A DNA stretch of 64,000 bases from Gammaproteobacteria bacterium (GCA_030431775.1 JAUIHW010000021.1:1997-65996), one strand, 5' to 3'. Shown: positions 1 to 9,345, counted from the first letter of the stretch. The notes: a model not told the origin generated them from the sequence alone. Numbers and translations are program-made.

Positions 1-100
1 ATTGTGACGCTTTCACTTAGCTGTTAGGCTGTTCGAAAATTATCCGAATACAGCGCCAGATAGCTGGCAGAAAGTTGCTTTCAATACCCCGGGGACCGCA

Positions 101-487
101 GTGGGCCAGACCAATAAACAGGCTGTAAAGGTGTTGCTGGACCGCTCAGCAACGGGTTATGTGCAGGTACTCGCGCTCAGCAAACGCCACTTCAGCGAGC
201 GCTCGGTGGCCGCTATTCGCTTGGCGATAGTCGAGCAGTTTAGCGCTTTAAAACAACAACTTGCAGCAACTGACGTGGTATTCCATTTCGATCGTATCGT
301 ACCGGAACGGCGCGCCATCGTCGCATCCGTTCCCGCCGCCGAGCTACCATTGTTTCGGGCCTTCTTGCAAACCCACAATATCGGCTTATTGCAACTAAGG
401 CGCTCGACAACACCGTTACCAGCAAACCGCGCACGTCGCCCACTGGCGCCATTACAGGCAACCGCTCATCTTGTAGCCTATGAATAG
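101..487 (+). CDS. hypothetical protein
   Basis: 128-codon ORF with a GTG start. No motif recognised. Convergent with the M48 gene, 16 nt apart. Coding status is uncertain. Confidence 0.3.
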   Translation: MGQTNKQAVKVLLDRSATGYVQVLALSKRHFSERSVAAIRLAIVEQFSALKQQLAATDVVFHFDRIVPERRAIVASVPAAELPLFRAFLQTHNIGLLQLRRSTTPLPANRARRPLAPLQATAHLVAYE

Positions 488-503
488 CCGCTAGCGGCCC
501 CGG

Positions 504-2450
504 TTAATACAGCGCCTGCTCGGCCAGCCGTGGCGGCAAGGGAACGTCCAGACAATCGGCAATGGCTCTGAGCAATTCGTATTCTGCCGGCTTGACCTCG
601 CCATCGGCCAATACGCTGCTCGCACAGGCCTTGATCAACTGCGGCTTCACCAGCGGGGCCAGCGCACAGGCATCCGCCAGGGCACGATCTATTTCATCCA
701 GGCCAGGTGAGCCCTTGTAGGGGGAGACCGCGCCAGTAAGCCCAAGCTGAGCGATGGCGGCGTCGAAGGCGTGGCGGGCCCCAGCCTCATCACTGCCGGA
801 TTGAGCGGCCAGGGCGGCGCAAATAATTTGGCACTGCTTGGCAACAGCGGACAGCGACCGATAACGCACCCGGCTGTGGCGGGCTTTTTCATACACGGAG
901 TCCAGGTGGCGCACGAACATGCGGTGCAGGCACCATTCAAACAGGTTGATGTGCTCATCACTGCGCATTAAAGCCAATAGACAGGCCCGAAATTCTCGGT
1001 GTTGATCCTCGTATAGCGTTTTTAAAACCGGCAACGACATATCAACAATCGGCAGGCGGTACTCAATACCAAGCCTGGCAACAGCTGGAGCGAGCTGCTC
1101 AACCACCTGGCGCTGTAAATCGCCCTCGCGCTCGGCGATCAGCGCAAGCTGTTTTTGGCGAAGCGACTCGTCTTGAGCCAGAAGCAGTGAATAGACGGCC
1201 GCTTTGGCGCCGGCTACTGTGTGCACCGCTGAACGCACCTCGCCGTCCATCTGCTGCAGCAATTGTTGTGCATAGCCCAGGTGCTGCTGACCAATCTCGC
1301 CAATGGAATCAAGCACGCTTGGGGTCGGGCTTGCGGAAACACCCGAGTCAACTGCCGGGGTGAAGGCTATGTCCGGCAGTTCGGTAGCTGCACTGAAATT
1401 GGCTACTTCTGCACCAAAGTGTCGTTCACGTTGTCGGCGCGCCATTTCCTCTTTAAATTTCGCCTCGGTATCAATGAAACTGCCGTCCCAATCGGGCATT
1501 ACCCTTGAGATTCTCTCTTCCAGCGGCGGATGGGTCGCCATCAGCGACGACAGCTTGATCGCCTGGCCGATGAACAGATGGCTGGCTTCGGCGGCATTCG
1601 GGGCCATTAACCGCGAGCCAAAGCGAAAGCCCCCGATTTTACGCAATGCATTGCCAATTCCTTGCGGATTGCGCGTGTATTGCACAGCCGATGCATCGGC
1701 CAGAAACTCCCGCTGCCGGCTGACCGAGGCCTTGATCAAATTACCGAAAAAGGTGCCAATGTAACCCACTACGATCAAACCAATGCCGATGAAAACCAGA
1801 GGCAGGCCCTCTCTGTTCGAGCTGCGACTGCGATACATGGACGAGCGCATAATGAAGTAACCGATGTTGCCGATTACCAGAATGCCAAACAACACGCCAA
1901 TCAAGCGGATATTGATGCGCATGTCACCATGCATGATGTGACTGAACTCGTGTGCGACAACCCCCTGCAATTCTTCCCGATTCAAATATCGCACGCAGCC
2001 TCGGGTAATACCGATCACCGCATCATCACTTTCAAACCCAGCGGCAAAGGCATTCAGTGCGTCATCATCCAGAATATACACCGGTGGTACCGGCAGGCCG
2101 GATGCAATCGCCATTTCTTCAACAACATTCAGCACTCGGCGTTCATCGGGGTCAGTAGTATCGCTGTGCAGCAAACGCCCGCCCAATGACTGAGCCACCA
2201 CCTCGCCACCCCCAGACAGCTGAGCAATTTTAAAAAGACTGGCAACGCCAATCACCGCCAGCACACCCAGGGACAGAAACAGGTGGGCCTGCCAGTCGAT
2301 TGCTCTCGCGTCAGGCCCGCTCTGGTGGCCGCTCAAGCCCAATAAAAGAAAGTTGGTAATCAACACCAGGCCAAGTGTGGCCAGTGCAAACAAAAAAACC
2401 AGCTGCCCGGTTTTGCGCCGGGCGCGGTCCTGTGATTCAAAGAAATCCAT
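504..2450 (-). CDS. M48 family zinc metallopeptidase (HtpX-like) with a long C-terminal helical, tentatively TerB-like, extension
   Basis: N-terminal TM segments and the HExxH motif 'VAHEFSHIMHGD', followed by further TM helices as in HtpX/M48. About 300 extra C-terminal residues end in 'ADGEVKPAEYELLRAIADCLDVP', which resembles TerB/DjlA-N type repeats. Starts 8 nt after the lemA stop. Confidence 0.8.
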   Translation of the reverse strand: MDFFESQDRARRKTGQLVFLFALATLGLVLITNFLLLGLSGHQSGPDARAIDWQAHLFLSLGVLAVIGVASLFKIAQLSGGGEVVAQSLGGRLLHSDTTDPDERRVLNVVEEMAIASGLPVPPVYILDDDALNAFAAGFESDDAVIGITRGCVRYLNREELQGVVAHEFSHIMHGDMRINIRLIGVLFGILVIGNIGYFIMRSSMYRSRSSNREGLPLVFIGIGLIVVGYIGTFFGNLIKASVSRQREFLADASAVQYTRNPQGIGNALRKIGGFRFGSRLMAPNAAEASHLFIGQAIKLSSLMATHPPLEERISRVMPDWDGSFIDTEAKFKEEMARRQRERHFGAEVANFSAATELPDIAFTPAVDSGVSASPTPSVLDSIGEIGQQHLGYAQQLLQQMDGEVRSAVHTVAGAKAAVYSLLLAQDESLRQKQLALIAEREGDLQRQVVEQLAPAVARLGIEYRLPIVDMSLPVLKTLYEDQHREFRACLLALMRSDEHINLFEWCLHRMFVRHLDSVYEKARHSRVRYRSLSAVAKQCQIICAALAAQSGSDEAGARHAFDAAIAQLGLTGAVSPYKGSPGLDEIDRALADACALAPLVKPQLIKACASSVLADGEVKPAEYELLRAIADCLDVPLPPRLAEQALY

Positions 2451-2458
2451 TCAGGTAA

Positions 2459-3052
2459 TCAAGAAAACGAAACCTGTGGTGCCTCCTGAATGGCTTCACT
2501 GTCGGCAAACTCCAACAGGCTGGCATCTTTCTTGTGTCCAAAATTGTTGGCAACTATGCTGGGCGGAAAGGTCTGCTTGTAGGTATTGTATGCGGTGACT
2601 GCATCGTTGTACGCCTGCCTGGAAAAAGCGACCTTGTTTTCGGTAGTGGTCAGCTCTTCTGACAATTGCATCATGTTTTCATTTGCCTTAAGGTCGGGAT
2701 ACGCTTCCATAACAACGTTCAGTCGACCGAGCGCGCCACCCAGAGCGCCTTCGGCGCTGGCCAATTGCTCAATGAGCTGGGGGTCCCCGGGAGATTGTGC
2801 AGCCGCTTGCAAGCCGGCCAGCGCCTGGTTACGCGCGCTGATCACGGCTTCCAGCGTTTCCCGCTCATGGGCCATGTACCCTTTTGCCGTTTCAATCAGG
2901 TTTGGAATCAGGTCGTAGCGCCGCTTCAGCTGTACCTCGATCTGCGCAAATGCATTTTCAAAACGGTTTTTAAGCGTGACAAGCTTGTTGTAAATGCCAA
3001 TCGCATAAAAGACCAGGCCTGCAACAATCGCCAGAAATATTAAAAATTCCAT
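2459..3052 (-). CDS. lemA: LemA family protein
   Basis: N-terminal TM helix followed by 'YNKLVTLKNRFENAFAQIEVQLKRRYDLIPNLIETAKGYMAHERETLEAV', typical of LemA. AGGAGA Shine-Dalgarno (SD) sequence upstream. Confidence 0.85.
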   Translation of the reverse strand: MEFLIFLAIVAGLVFYAIGIYNKLVTLKNRFENAFAQIEVQLKRRYDLIPNLIETAKGYMAHERETLEAVISARNQALAGLQAAAQSPGDPQLIEQLASAEGALGGALGRLNVVMEAYPDLKANENMMQLSEELTTTENKVAFSRQAYNDAVTAYNTYKQTFPPSIVANNFGHKKDASLLEFADSEAIQEAPQVSFS

Positions 3053-3098
3053 GGGTATCTCCTAGGGTGGAGGCCACAAAATACCATAGGCTTAGGGC

Positions 3099-4004
3099 TT
3101 ACCCAAGATTCTCACTGGCCTTGCTTACAAATTTAAACGATTGCTCGCTGCCCTGAGTCAGCTCCTTCTGGCCTTCAGGCGACACAATAGCGTCCCAGTT
3201 TTCCAGCACGGCCTCAGCGGTGAGCTGATCTGCCCTGATATTGATGCCGTCGGTTTCATATATTACTGTGCGAGCGAAACTGCCAGCCCCGGCACACAAT
3301 ATCGTTTTATTTGGTGCATCTTCACCAACCAGACAGATCAACCCGGGGGTCACAGTTTCCGGTTGCAGCAGGGCCAGCGCTTCCTCTGGAAACAGTTCTT
3401 CAGTCATACGGGTTGCCGCACAGGGTGACAATGCGTTGACACGGATATTGTATTTGGCGCCTTCCAGCACCAGGGTGTTCATCATGCCCACCACGGCAGC
3501 CTTGGCTGCACCATAGTTGGTCTGACCAAAGTTGCCGTACATGCCACTGCTGGAGGTGGTCATAACGATACGGCCATATTGCTGTTCACGCATGATTTCC
3601 CAAACCGCCTTGGTGCAATTCAGTGAGCCTTTAAGGTGCACATCAAGTACCATGGCAAAGTCATCCAGCGGCATCTTCGCAAAGGTTTTGTCGCGCAATA
3701 TGCCGGCGTTGTTCACCAGAATGTCGACGCTTCCCCATCGCTCTTTCGCCTCCTGCACCATTGCCTCTACAGCCTCGTAGTCGGTTACACTGCAGCCATT
3801 GGCCATGGCATCGCCCCCAGCTGCCTTGATTTCCTCGACCACCTGTTCAGCGGCATCGCTGGTGCCAACGCCAGAGCGGTCTCCTCCCAGGTCATTGACA
3901 ACTACTTTTGCACCGCGCCGGGCCAGCTCCAGTGCGTGGCAGCGACCAAGTCCGTTGCCGGCTCCGGTGACTATGGCCACGCGGCCGTCGAATCGAATAC
4001 TCAT
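3099..4004 (-). CDS. short-chain dehydrogenase/reductase, MFE-2-type 3-hydroxyacyl-CoA dehydrogenase-like
   Basis: 'GRVAIVTGAGNGLGRCHALELARRGAKVVVNDLGG' Rossmann motif and 'YGAAKAA' (YxxxK) catalytic motif. Last gene of the ACAD operon. Confidence 0.8.
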   Translation of the reverse strand: MSIRFDGRVAIVTGAGNGLGRCHALELARRGAKVVVNDLGGDRSGVGTSDAAEQVVEEIKAAGGDAMANGCSVTDYEAVEAMVQEAKERWGSVDILVNNAGILRDKTFAKMPLDDFAMVLDVHLKGSLNCTKAVWEIMREQQYGRIVMTTSSSGMYGNFGQTNYGAAKAAVVGMMNTLVLEGAKYNIRVNALSPCAATRMTEELFPEEALALLQPETVTPGLICLVGEDAPNKTILCAGAGSFARTVIYETDGINIRADQLTAEAVLENWDAIVSPEGQKELTQGSEQSFKFVSKASENLG

Positions 4005-4016
4005 GTCTTTCTCCTG

Positions 4017-5234
4017 CTATTTATATTTGCGCAATTCTGCCCGCGCGACCTGCCGGCGATGGACTGCGTCCGGCCCGTCGGCAACCCGCAAGGTGCGGGT
4101 TTTCATCCACATCTTGGCCAGTGGAGTGTCCTGGGATACACCGGTCCCGCCAAACATCTGCACAGCATCATCAATTATATCGAGGGCGATATTAGGGACC
4201 ACAACCTTGATTTTGGATATATACAGGCGCGCCTCCTTAGGGTCTCCATGATCCATTAACCAGGCCGTTTTCAGGGTCAGTAAGCGTGCCATTTCTAACT
4301 GCATACGCGCATTGGCAATGATGTCAACGTTTCCGCCCAGATCGGCTAACGGTTTTCCAAAGGCCTCTCGGGACAGCGCTCTTTCACACATCAATTGCAG
4401 AGCCGTTTCGGCGGAGCCCAAAGAGCGCATGCAGTGATGAATGCGCCCGGGGCCAAGTCGTCCCTGAGAGATTTCAAAACCACGTCCTGGCCCGAGAATA
4501 ATATTCTCTTTGGGCACACGGACATTATTGAAGCGCATGTGCATGTGGCCATGAGGCGCATCGTCCAGGCTGTACACATGCATTGGTCTGAGCACTTCCA
4601 CGCCTGGCGTGTCCATGGGCACCAGAATCTGCGACTGTTGCTGATGCTTGGGTGCTTCCGGGTCAGTTTTGACCATGGTAATCAGTATTTTGCAACGCGG
4701 GTCGCCAGCCCCGGAAATATAGAATTTCTCGCCATTGATTACCCATTCGTCGCCATCAAGTACTGCGGAAGTACAGATATTGGTCGCATCTGATGAGGCC
4801 ACGGCAGGCTCTGTCATCGCAAAGGCCGAGCGGATTTCACCAGCAAGCAGTGGCTCTAACCATTTTTCTTGTTGTTCCCGGGTGCCATACTTCTCAAGGA
4901 CTTCCATATTGCCGGTATCAGGCGCCGAGCAGTTAAATACCTCGGGGCCCAGCGCGCTTTTGCCCATCTCTTCAGCCAGATAGGCGTACTCGACGGTATT
5001 CAATCCTGAGCCGTACTCACCATCGCCGGTTAAGAAGAAATTCCACAGGCCCTGTTCGCGGGCTTTGGCCTTCAGGCCATTAATGATTTCCAGCTGCCGG
5101 TCGGTCCATTGCCAACGATCGCCGTTATCAATCTCGGCTTCATATTCCTCTTCGAGCGGGCGCACTTCCTCGTCGATCATTTGTTTGACCTGCGCCAATA
5201 TCGGCTTGACGCGATCGCTTATTCCCAGATCCAT
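4017..5234 (-). CDS. acyl-CoA dehydrogenase family protein (ACAD10/11 / FadE2-like)
   Basis: ACAD fold over the full length. C-terminal 'LRVADGPDAVHRRQVA' replaces the usual 'YEGT.EI', so Asp sits at the catalytic-base position. Confidence 0.85.
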   Translation of the reverse strand: MDLGISDRVKPILAQVKQMIDEEVRPLEEEYEAEIDNGDRWQWTDRQLEIINGLKAKAREQGLWNFFLTGDGEYGSGLNTVEYAYLAEEMGKSALGPEVFNCSAPDTGNMEVLEKYGTREQQEKWLEPLLAGEIRSAFAMTEPAVASSDATNICTSAVLDGDEWVINGEKFYISGAGDPRCKILITMVKTDPEAPKHQQQSQILVPMDTPGVEVLRPMHVYSLDDAPHGHMHMRFNNVRVPKENIILGPGRGFEISQGRLGPGRIHHCMRSLGSAETALQLMCERALSREAFGKPLADLGGNVDIIANARMQLEMARLLTLKTAWLMDHGDPKEARLYISKIKVVVPNIALDIIDDAVQMFGGTGVSQDTPLAKMWMKTRTLRVADGPDAVHRRQVARAELRKYK

Positions 5235-5266
5235 TTGCTTTTCCTCGTAAATATCGGTTGATCGGG

Positions 5267-6388
5267 CTAATAGCCGCTCAGTGTTGCATAGCGGTCGAGG
5301 TGATAATTGCGGTCACCAAAACGGTGCTCCAGCGCGCGCGCCCGTTTGAGGTAAAAACCAATATCATACTCATCGGTCATGCCTATTCCGCCATGCATTT
5401 GCACTGCTTCGTTACTGGCAAGGCGCGCAATCTCACACAATTTTGCCTTGGTCGCACTGGCCAGCAGCGCGCACTCAGGCCGGTCATCGTCTATAGCCTG
5501 CAGCGCATTTAACACCATCGATTTGCCTAATTCCAGCTCGCAGAACAATTCGGCGGCTCGATGCTGCAGGCCCTGGAAACTGCCGATTGCTTGAGCAAAC
5601 TGCTCACGCTCTTTGAGATAGGCCAGGGTGAGCTCGAAGGCCTGCTGGGACAAGCCCAGCAATTCCGCACTGATGCCTACATTGCTGATATCAATGCTTG
5701 CCTGCAAGGCAGCGGTACTGTCGGCACCGGCTCCAAGGCGCTGCTCAGCCGTTACAGCTACGTTCTGGAAGCTGACAGTTGCGCTATTTCGACTATCAAC
5801 CATTGAGACCGGCTGCACGCTGACGCCCGGCAGATCAGCAGCCACCACAAACAGGCCAAGCCCGCTGTCATCACGCGCGGCAACGATGAAAGCATTGGCC
5901 GAGGCGGCCTCATCGACAAAGCGCTTGCAGCCATTAATGATTATTGCGCCGTCGCTAGTTTTTGCGCTGGTATTTACCTTACAGCCTTGATGATGGCCAC
6001 TTTCCTCCAGGGCCAGACTGAGCAGCCATTCGCCACTGCAGATCCTTGGCAAAAGCTCGACCTTTTGTTGCTCGCTGGCTGCCTGCAAAATTACTGTCGC
6101 GGCCGTCAGCACGCTGCTGCCCAGCGGCGAGGCGCTGAGGTGGCGACCCACTTCCTGCAATACAATACCAAGCCCGGTATAACCGTACCCAACGCCACCG
6201 TAAGCCTCGGGAATGGCAATTCCCGTCCAACCCATATTGACCATTTCCTGCCAGACCTCAGGGCGGTAGCCCAAAGGATCACCGCTATCACGCAATTCTC
6301 GCAGTTGACTGACCGGCGCCTTATCCCGGAGAAAGCCGGCTGCTGCCTCACGCAGCATTTGCTGCTCTTCATTCAGAATTAATGCCAC
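5267..6388 (-). CDS. acyl-CoA dehydrogenase family protein lacking the canonical C-terminal catalytic Glu
   Basis: ACAD-like throughout ('HGGIGMTDEYDIGFYLKRARALEHRFGD'). By hand alignment, Phe occupies the position of MCAD Glu376. Confidence 0.8.
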   Translation of the reverse strand: MALILNEEQQMLREAAAGFLRDKAPVSQLRELRDSGDPLGYRPEVWQEMVNMGWTGIAIPEAYGGVGYGYTGLGIVLQEVGRHLSASPLGSSVLTAATVILQAASEQQKVELLPRICSGEWLLSLALEESGHHQGCKVNTSAKTSDGAIIINGCKRFVDEAASANAFIVAARDDSGLGLFVVAADLPGVSVQPVSMVDSRNSATVSFQNVAVTAEQRLGAGADSTAALQASIDISNVGISAELLGLSQQAFELTLAYLKEREQFAQAIGSFQGLQHRAAELFCELELGKSMVLNALQAIDDDRPECALLASATKAKLCEIARLASNEAVQMHGGIGMTDEYDIGFYLKRARALEHRFGDRNYHLDRYATLSGY

Positions 6389-6408
6389 TGTAAACCTCTC
6401 TTTGCCAA

Positions 6409-7575
6409 TTAGGCGTCGGGCAGACCCAATACGCGCTTGGCGATAATATTCAACTGAACTTCTGAAGTGCCGCCTTCTATCGAATTACCTTTGCTGCGCA
6501 GCCAATGTGCCGGCAGCGCTGGCTGGTCTCCCCAAACCATGGCGTCCGCGCCATGAATTGACAGCTGCAACTCTAAACGACGCTTGTTAAGCTCAGTCCC
6601 GTAATACTTGAACATACTGGACACTGCACCCATACCTTGGCCGGCTTTCGCCTCATCCTTACCCCGTTGCAGGCTGAGCATAAACGCCATCCCATCAATT
6701 TCGAATTGGGCTATCTCCTGGCGCAATGCGCTGTTGGCAAGCTGGCCATCCTTAAGCCCGACGGTTTTCGCGGCCTGCTCGCCCGGAAGAACCGCGGCAA
6801 ACGACTCGCCCATGGAGCTGATCATCTCCCGTTCGTGCGTGAGCAGATACTTTGCGATCGTCCAGCCCGAGTTCAACTCACCAACCAGGTTCTCTTTGGG
6901 TACTTTGACATTTTCAAAAAAGGTCTCACAAAATGGTGAGCTCCCACTGATCAGGCGAATTGGCGACGTGCTGACCCCGGGGCTGTCCATGTCAAACAGC
7001 AGGAAGCTGATGCCGGCGTGCTTGGAGTCAAAATCGGTTCGCACCAGGCAAAAAATCCAGTCGGCTTGATCCGCATAGGAAGTCCAGATCTTGGCACCAT
7101 TGACCAGGTAGTAATCGCCTTTGTCCTCGGCCCGAGTTTGCAGGCTGGCCAGGTCGGACCCCGCATTGGGCTCACTGTAACCCTGGCACCAGCGAATTTC
7201 CCCGCGAGCAATTTTCGGTAAGTGCTCTTTTTTCTGGTGTTCATTGCCAAACTTCAACAAAGCGGGCCCAAGCATGGAAATACCAAAGCTTTCCAGCGGC
7301 TTACGGCAACCCAGGCTTTTCATCTCCTGGGCCAGCACTTTGGCCTGCTCTTTGGAAAGGCCTCCGCCACCATACTCCACAGGCCAGGTTGGCACAGTCC
7401 AGCCACGTTCGGCCATACGCTCCAGCCACAGCTGTTGGGCTTCAGAGGCAAACTGCCACTTTCTGCCACCCCAGCACCAGTCTGCTTCCGAGGAAAACGG
7501 CTGGCGCATCTCCGCCGGGCAGCTGGCCTCAAGCCAGGCCCGTGTTGCGCGGCGAAACTCCTCCAATTCACTCAT
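6409..7575 (-). CDS. acyl-CoA dehydrogenase
   Basis: ACAD fold with 'SIEGGTSEVQLNIIAKR', so the catalytic Glu is present. I placed the start at the internal ATG at 7575 (MSELEEF...), preceded by a GGGAGGG SD. The 5' extension of the ORF track to 7668 is unlikely. Confidence 0.85.
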   Translation of the reverse strand: MSELEEFRRATRAWLEASCPAEMRQPFSSEADWCWGGRKWQFASEAQQLWLERMAERGWTVPTWPVEYGGGGLSKEQAKVLAQEMKSLGCRKPLESFGISMLGPALLKFGNEHQKKEHLPKIARGEIRWCQGYSEPNAGSDLASLQTRAEDKGDYYLVNGAKIWTSYADQADWIFCLVRTDFDSKHAGISFLLFDMDSPGVSTSPIRLISGSSPFCETFFENVKVPKENLVGELNSGWTIAKYLLTHEREMISSMGESFAAVLPGEQAAKTVGLKDGQLANSALRQEIAQFEIDGMAFMLSLQRGKDEAKAGQGMGAVSSMFKYYGTELNKRRLELQLSIHGADAMVWGDQPALPAHWLRSKGNSIEGGTSEVQLNIIAKRVLGLPDA

Positions 7576-7595
7576 TATCACCCTCCCGATAGTAA

Positions 7596-7612
7596 TTGGC
7601 ACGGTGCATGCC
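7596..7612 (+). promoter_or_regulatory. candidate sigma-54 (-24/-12) promoter
   Basis: TTGGCACGGTGCATGCC matches YTGGCACGR-N3-TTGCW at the -24 element and at the GC of -12, with correct spacing. It lies in the intergenic region about 130 nt upstream of ypfJ. No enhancer-binding protein gene is in the window. Confidence 0.25.
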
Positions 7613-7743
7613 AGTTGTTGCTCAGCATGCCTCTTTTTGCCCTCCAAGGCAAGCTGAGTGCATTGCAAAACCCGGTAAACTGTTTTGACGGCTCTCGCGG
7701 TTCAACGCACAATAGCCGCTGGACAGCTAACATCTGGAGCTCG

Positions 7744-8616
7744 ATGATGCGGTGGAGAAAGGGGCGACGCAGCGACAATATCGAAGACCGGCGTGGAAGC
7801 CGTGTGTCACGCGCAGGCAAAGTCGGCGGTGGTGGAATTGGGGTGGTGATCCTGGCACTGGTTGCCATGTATTTTGGCGTTGACCCACGCGTTGTCATGC
7901 AGGGTGCAGAAATTCTCAACAGCGGCCAGGGCGGAGCTCGCACGGAAAGCCAGGCCATACCGCCCGGGCAGGAAGAAGCCGCAGACTTTACAGCGGTGGT
8001 GCTGGGGGATACCGAGGACACCTGGCGGCAACTGTTTCCCCAGGAATTTAACCGCAACTATCAGGAGCCGACGCTGGTACTGTTCAGTGGCGCGGTGCAA
8101 TCAGCCTGTGGCTTTGCACAGGCCGCCATGGGACCGTTTTATTGCCCGGGCGACCAGAAAGTCTACATAGACCTCAGCTTTTTTGATGATTTGCGAACCC
8201 GTTTTGGCGCACCAGGCGACTTCGCTCAAGCTTACGTTATTGCCCATGAGGTTGGTCACCACATACAAACCCTGTTAGGGATATCGAAACAGGTTATGGC
8301 GCAACGCCAACGAGTCAGCGAGACGGAAGGCAATGCATTATCCGTGCGGCAGGAATTACAGGCCGACTGCCTGGCCGGCGTGTGGGCGCATAATGCCCAC
8401 AAAGCGCGCAACATTCTGGAACAGGGCGACATTGAAGAGGGCTTGAATGCGGCCACCGCGATTGGCGATGACCGCCTGCAAAAGCAATCACGCGGCTATA
8501 TAACACCAGAGTCCTTTACCCACGGCTCCTCGGCGCAGCGGGTACGCTGGTTTAAGCGCGGCCTGGAAGCGGGCAGCAGTAGTGTCTGCGATACCTTCAG
8601 TGCGCGTCAGCTGTGA
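7744..8616 (+). CDS. ypfJ: YpfJ family neutral zinc metallopeptidase
   Basis: 'MMRWRKGRRSDNIEDRRG' N-terminus, one TM segment, and an 'AHEVGHHIQ' HExxH motif. The first 174 codons of the 7222 ORF are antisense to the ACAD gene and were discarded. Confidence 0.85.
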   Translation: MMRWRKGRRSDNIEDRRGSRVSRAGKVGGGGIGVVILALVAMYFGVDPRVVMQGAEILNSGQGGARTESQAIPPGQEEAADFTAVVLGDTEDTWRQLFPQEFNRNYQEPTLVLFSGAVQSACGFAQAAMGPFYCPGDQKVYIDLSFFDDLRTRFGAPGDFAQAYVIAHEVGHHIQTLLGISKQVMAQRQRVSETEGNALSVRQELQADCLAGVWAHNAHKARNILEQGDIEEGLNAATAIGDDRLQKQSRGYITPESFTHGSSAQRVRWFKRGLEAGSSSVCDTFSARQL

Positions 8617-9265
8617 GTTCGCTCTGCGATAACGGTGCGCTGTCACCGGCCGGATAGGTATTGGCCTCGTAACTGTCGGCCGCTACGCTGCGGTACTGTT
8701 GCGGGCTGAAGCTGAATTTCTGGCCGGCAAGGCTGGCTTCCAGCATTAATCCGCCCTTGGCATGGGTAAAGACCGCCAGTCCCTTATAATAGGCCCCCAG
8801 AGTCTGCTTGTCGGAGCGCGGTCCGGTACTGTACCCGGCCGATGCGCCCATGGTACCGGTTTGCGCCTGAGCGCCCGCGGTTATCGCAACAGCCGATGCT
8901 GTCGCATCAAACTCGAAATTGCCGGATATAAACTCACGATAAGCGCGTTCATCCTGGAAAAACACAATTTCACTGAACGCCTGGGCGCCGGCCAGTAAGC
9001 CGAGCGAAACCTGGGTCAGCGAGGCTTCACCGGCGATTTCACCTTGCCGAATCACGCGGCCTTTACCATAGGCTCCGCCGAGTACAAAGCCAGCCTTGCC
9101 AACAGTTGGAAAAATCGCATATCCGTAAGCGTGCTCAAAATAGGGCTGGGTCACCGCTGATGAGCGAAAAAGGTTCACTGCGGCCTCTACTTTGGAGTCC
9201 GCCTGAGCTGGCAGGGTCAGCAGGCAGGCCCACACCAGGAGCCACATAAATGGTGAGCGATTCAT
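8597..9265 (-). CDS. secreted SYLF (Ysc84-like, DUF500) domain protein
   Basis: Signal peptide 'LLVWACLLTLPAQA', then 'YGYAIFPTVGKAGFVLGGAYGKGRV', which is typical of the SYLF family. The 3' end overlaps the ypfJ 3' end by 20 nt (convergent). Confidence 0.55.
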   Translation of the reverse strand: MNRSPFMWLLVWACLLTLPAQADSKVEAAVNLFRSSAVTQPYFEHAYGYAIFPTVGKAGFVLGGAYGKGRVIRQGEIAGEASLTQVSLGLLAGAQAFSEIVFFQDERAYREFISGNFEFDATASAVAITAGAQAQTGTMGASAGYSTGPRSDKQTLGAYYKGLAVFTHAKGGLMLEASLAGQKFSFSPQQYRSVAADSYEANTYPAGDSAPLSQSELTADAH

Positions 9266-9345
9266 AAAGCCTCCATCAGCTATTCACGCTAAGATCTTGT
9301 CAACCAAGCCTTTTTAACGTGCTATAGGCGGCGAGTAAAGATGGA

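Noticed and set aside
7222-7743. 5' extension of the ypfJ ORF (464 codons in the ORF track)
   Set aside because: The first 174 codons are antisense to the ACAD gene and cross its promoter spacer. The YpfJ family N-terminus (MMRWRKGRRSDNIEDRR) begins at 7744.
8597-8616. 20-nt convergent overlap of the ypfJ and SYLF-gene 3' ends
   Set aside because: Short convergent overlaps are common and imply only the lack of a terminator between the genes. No additional structure is seen.
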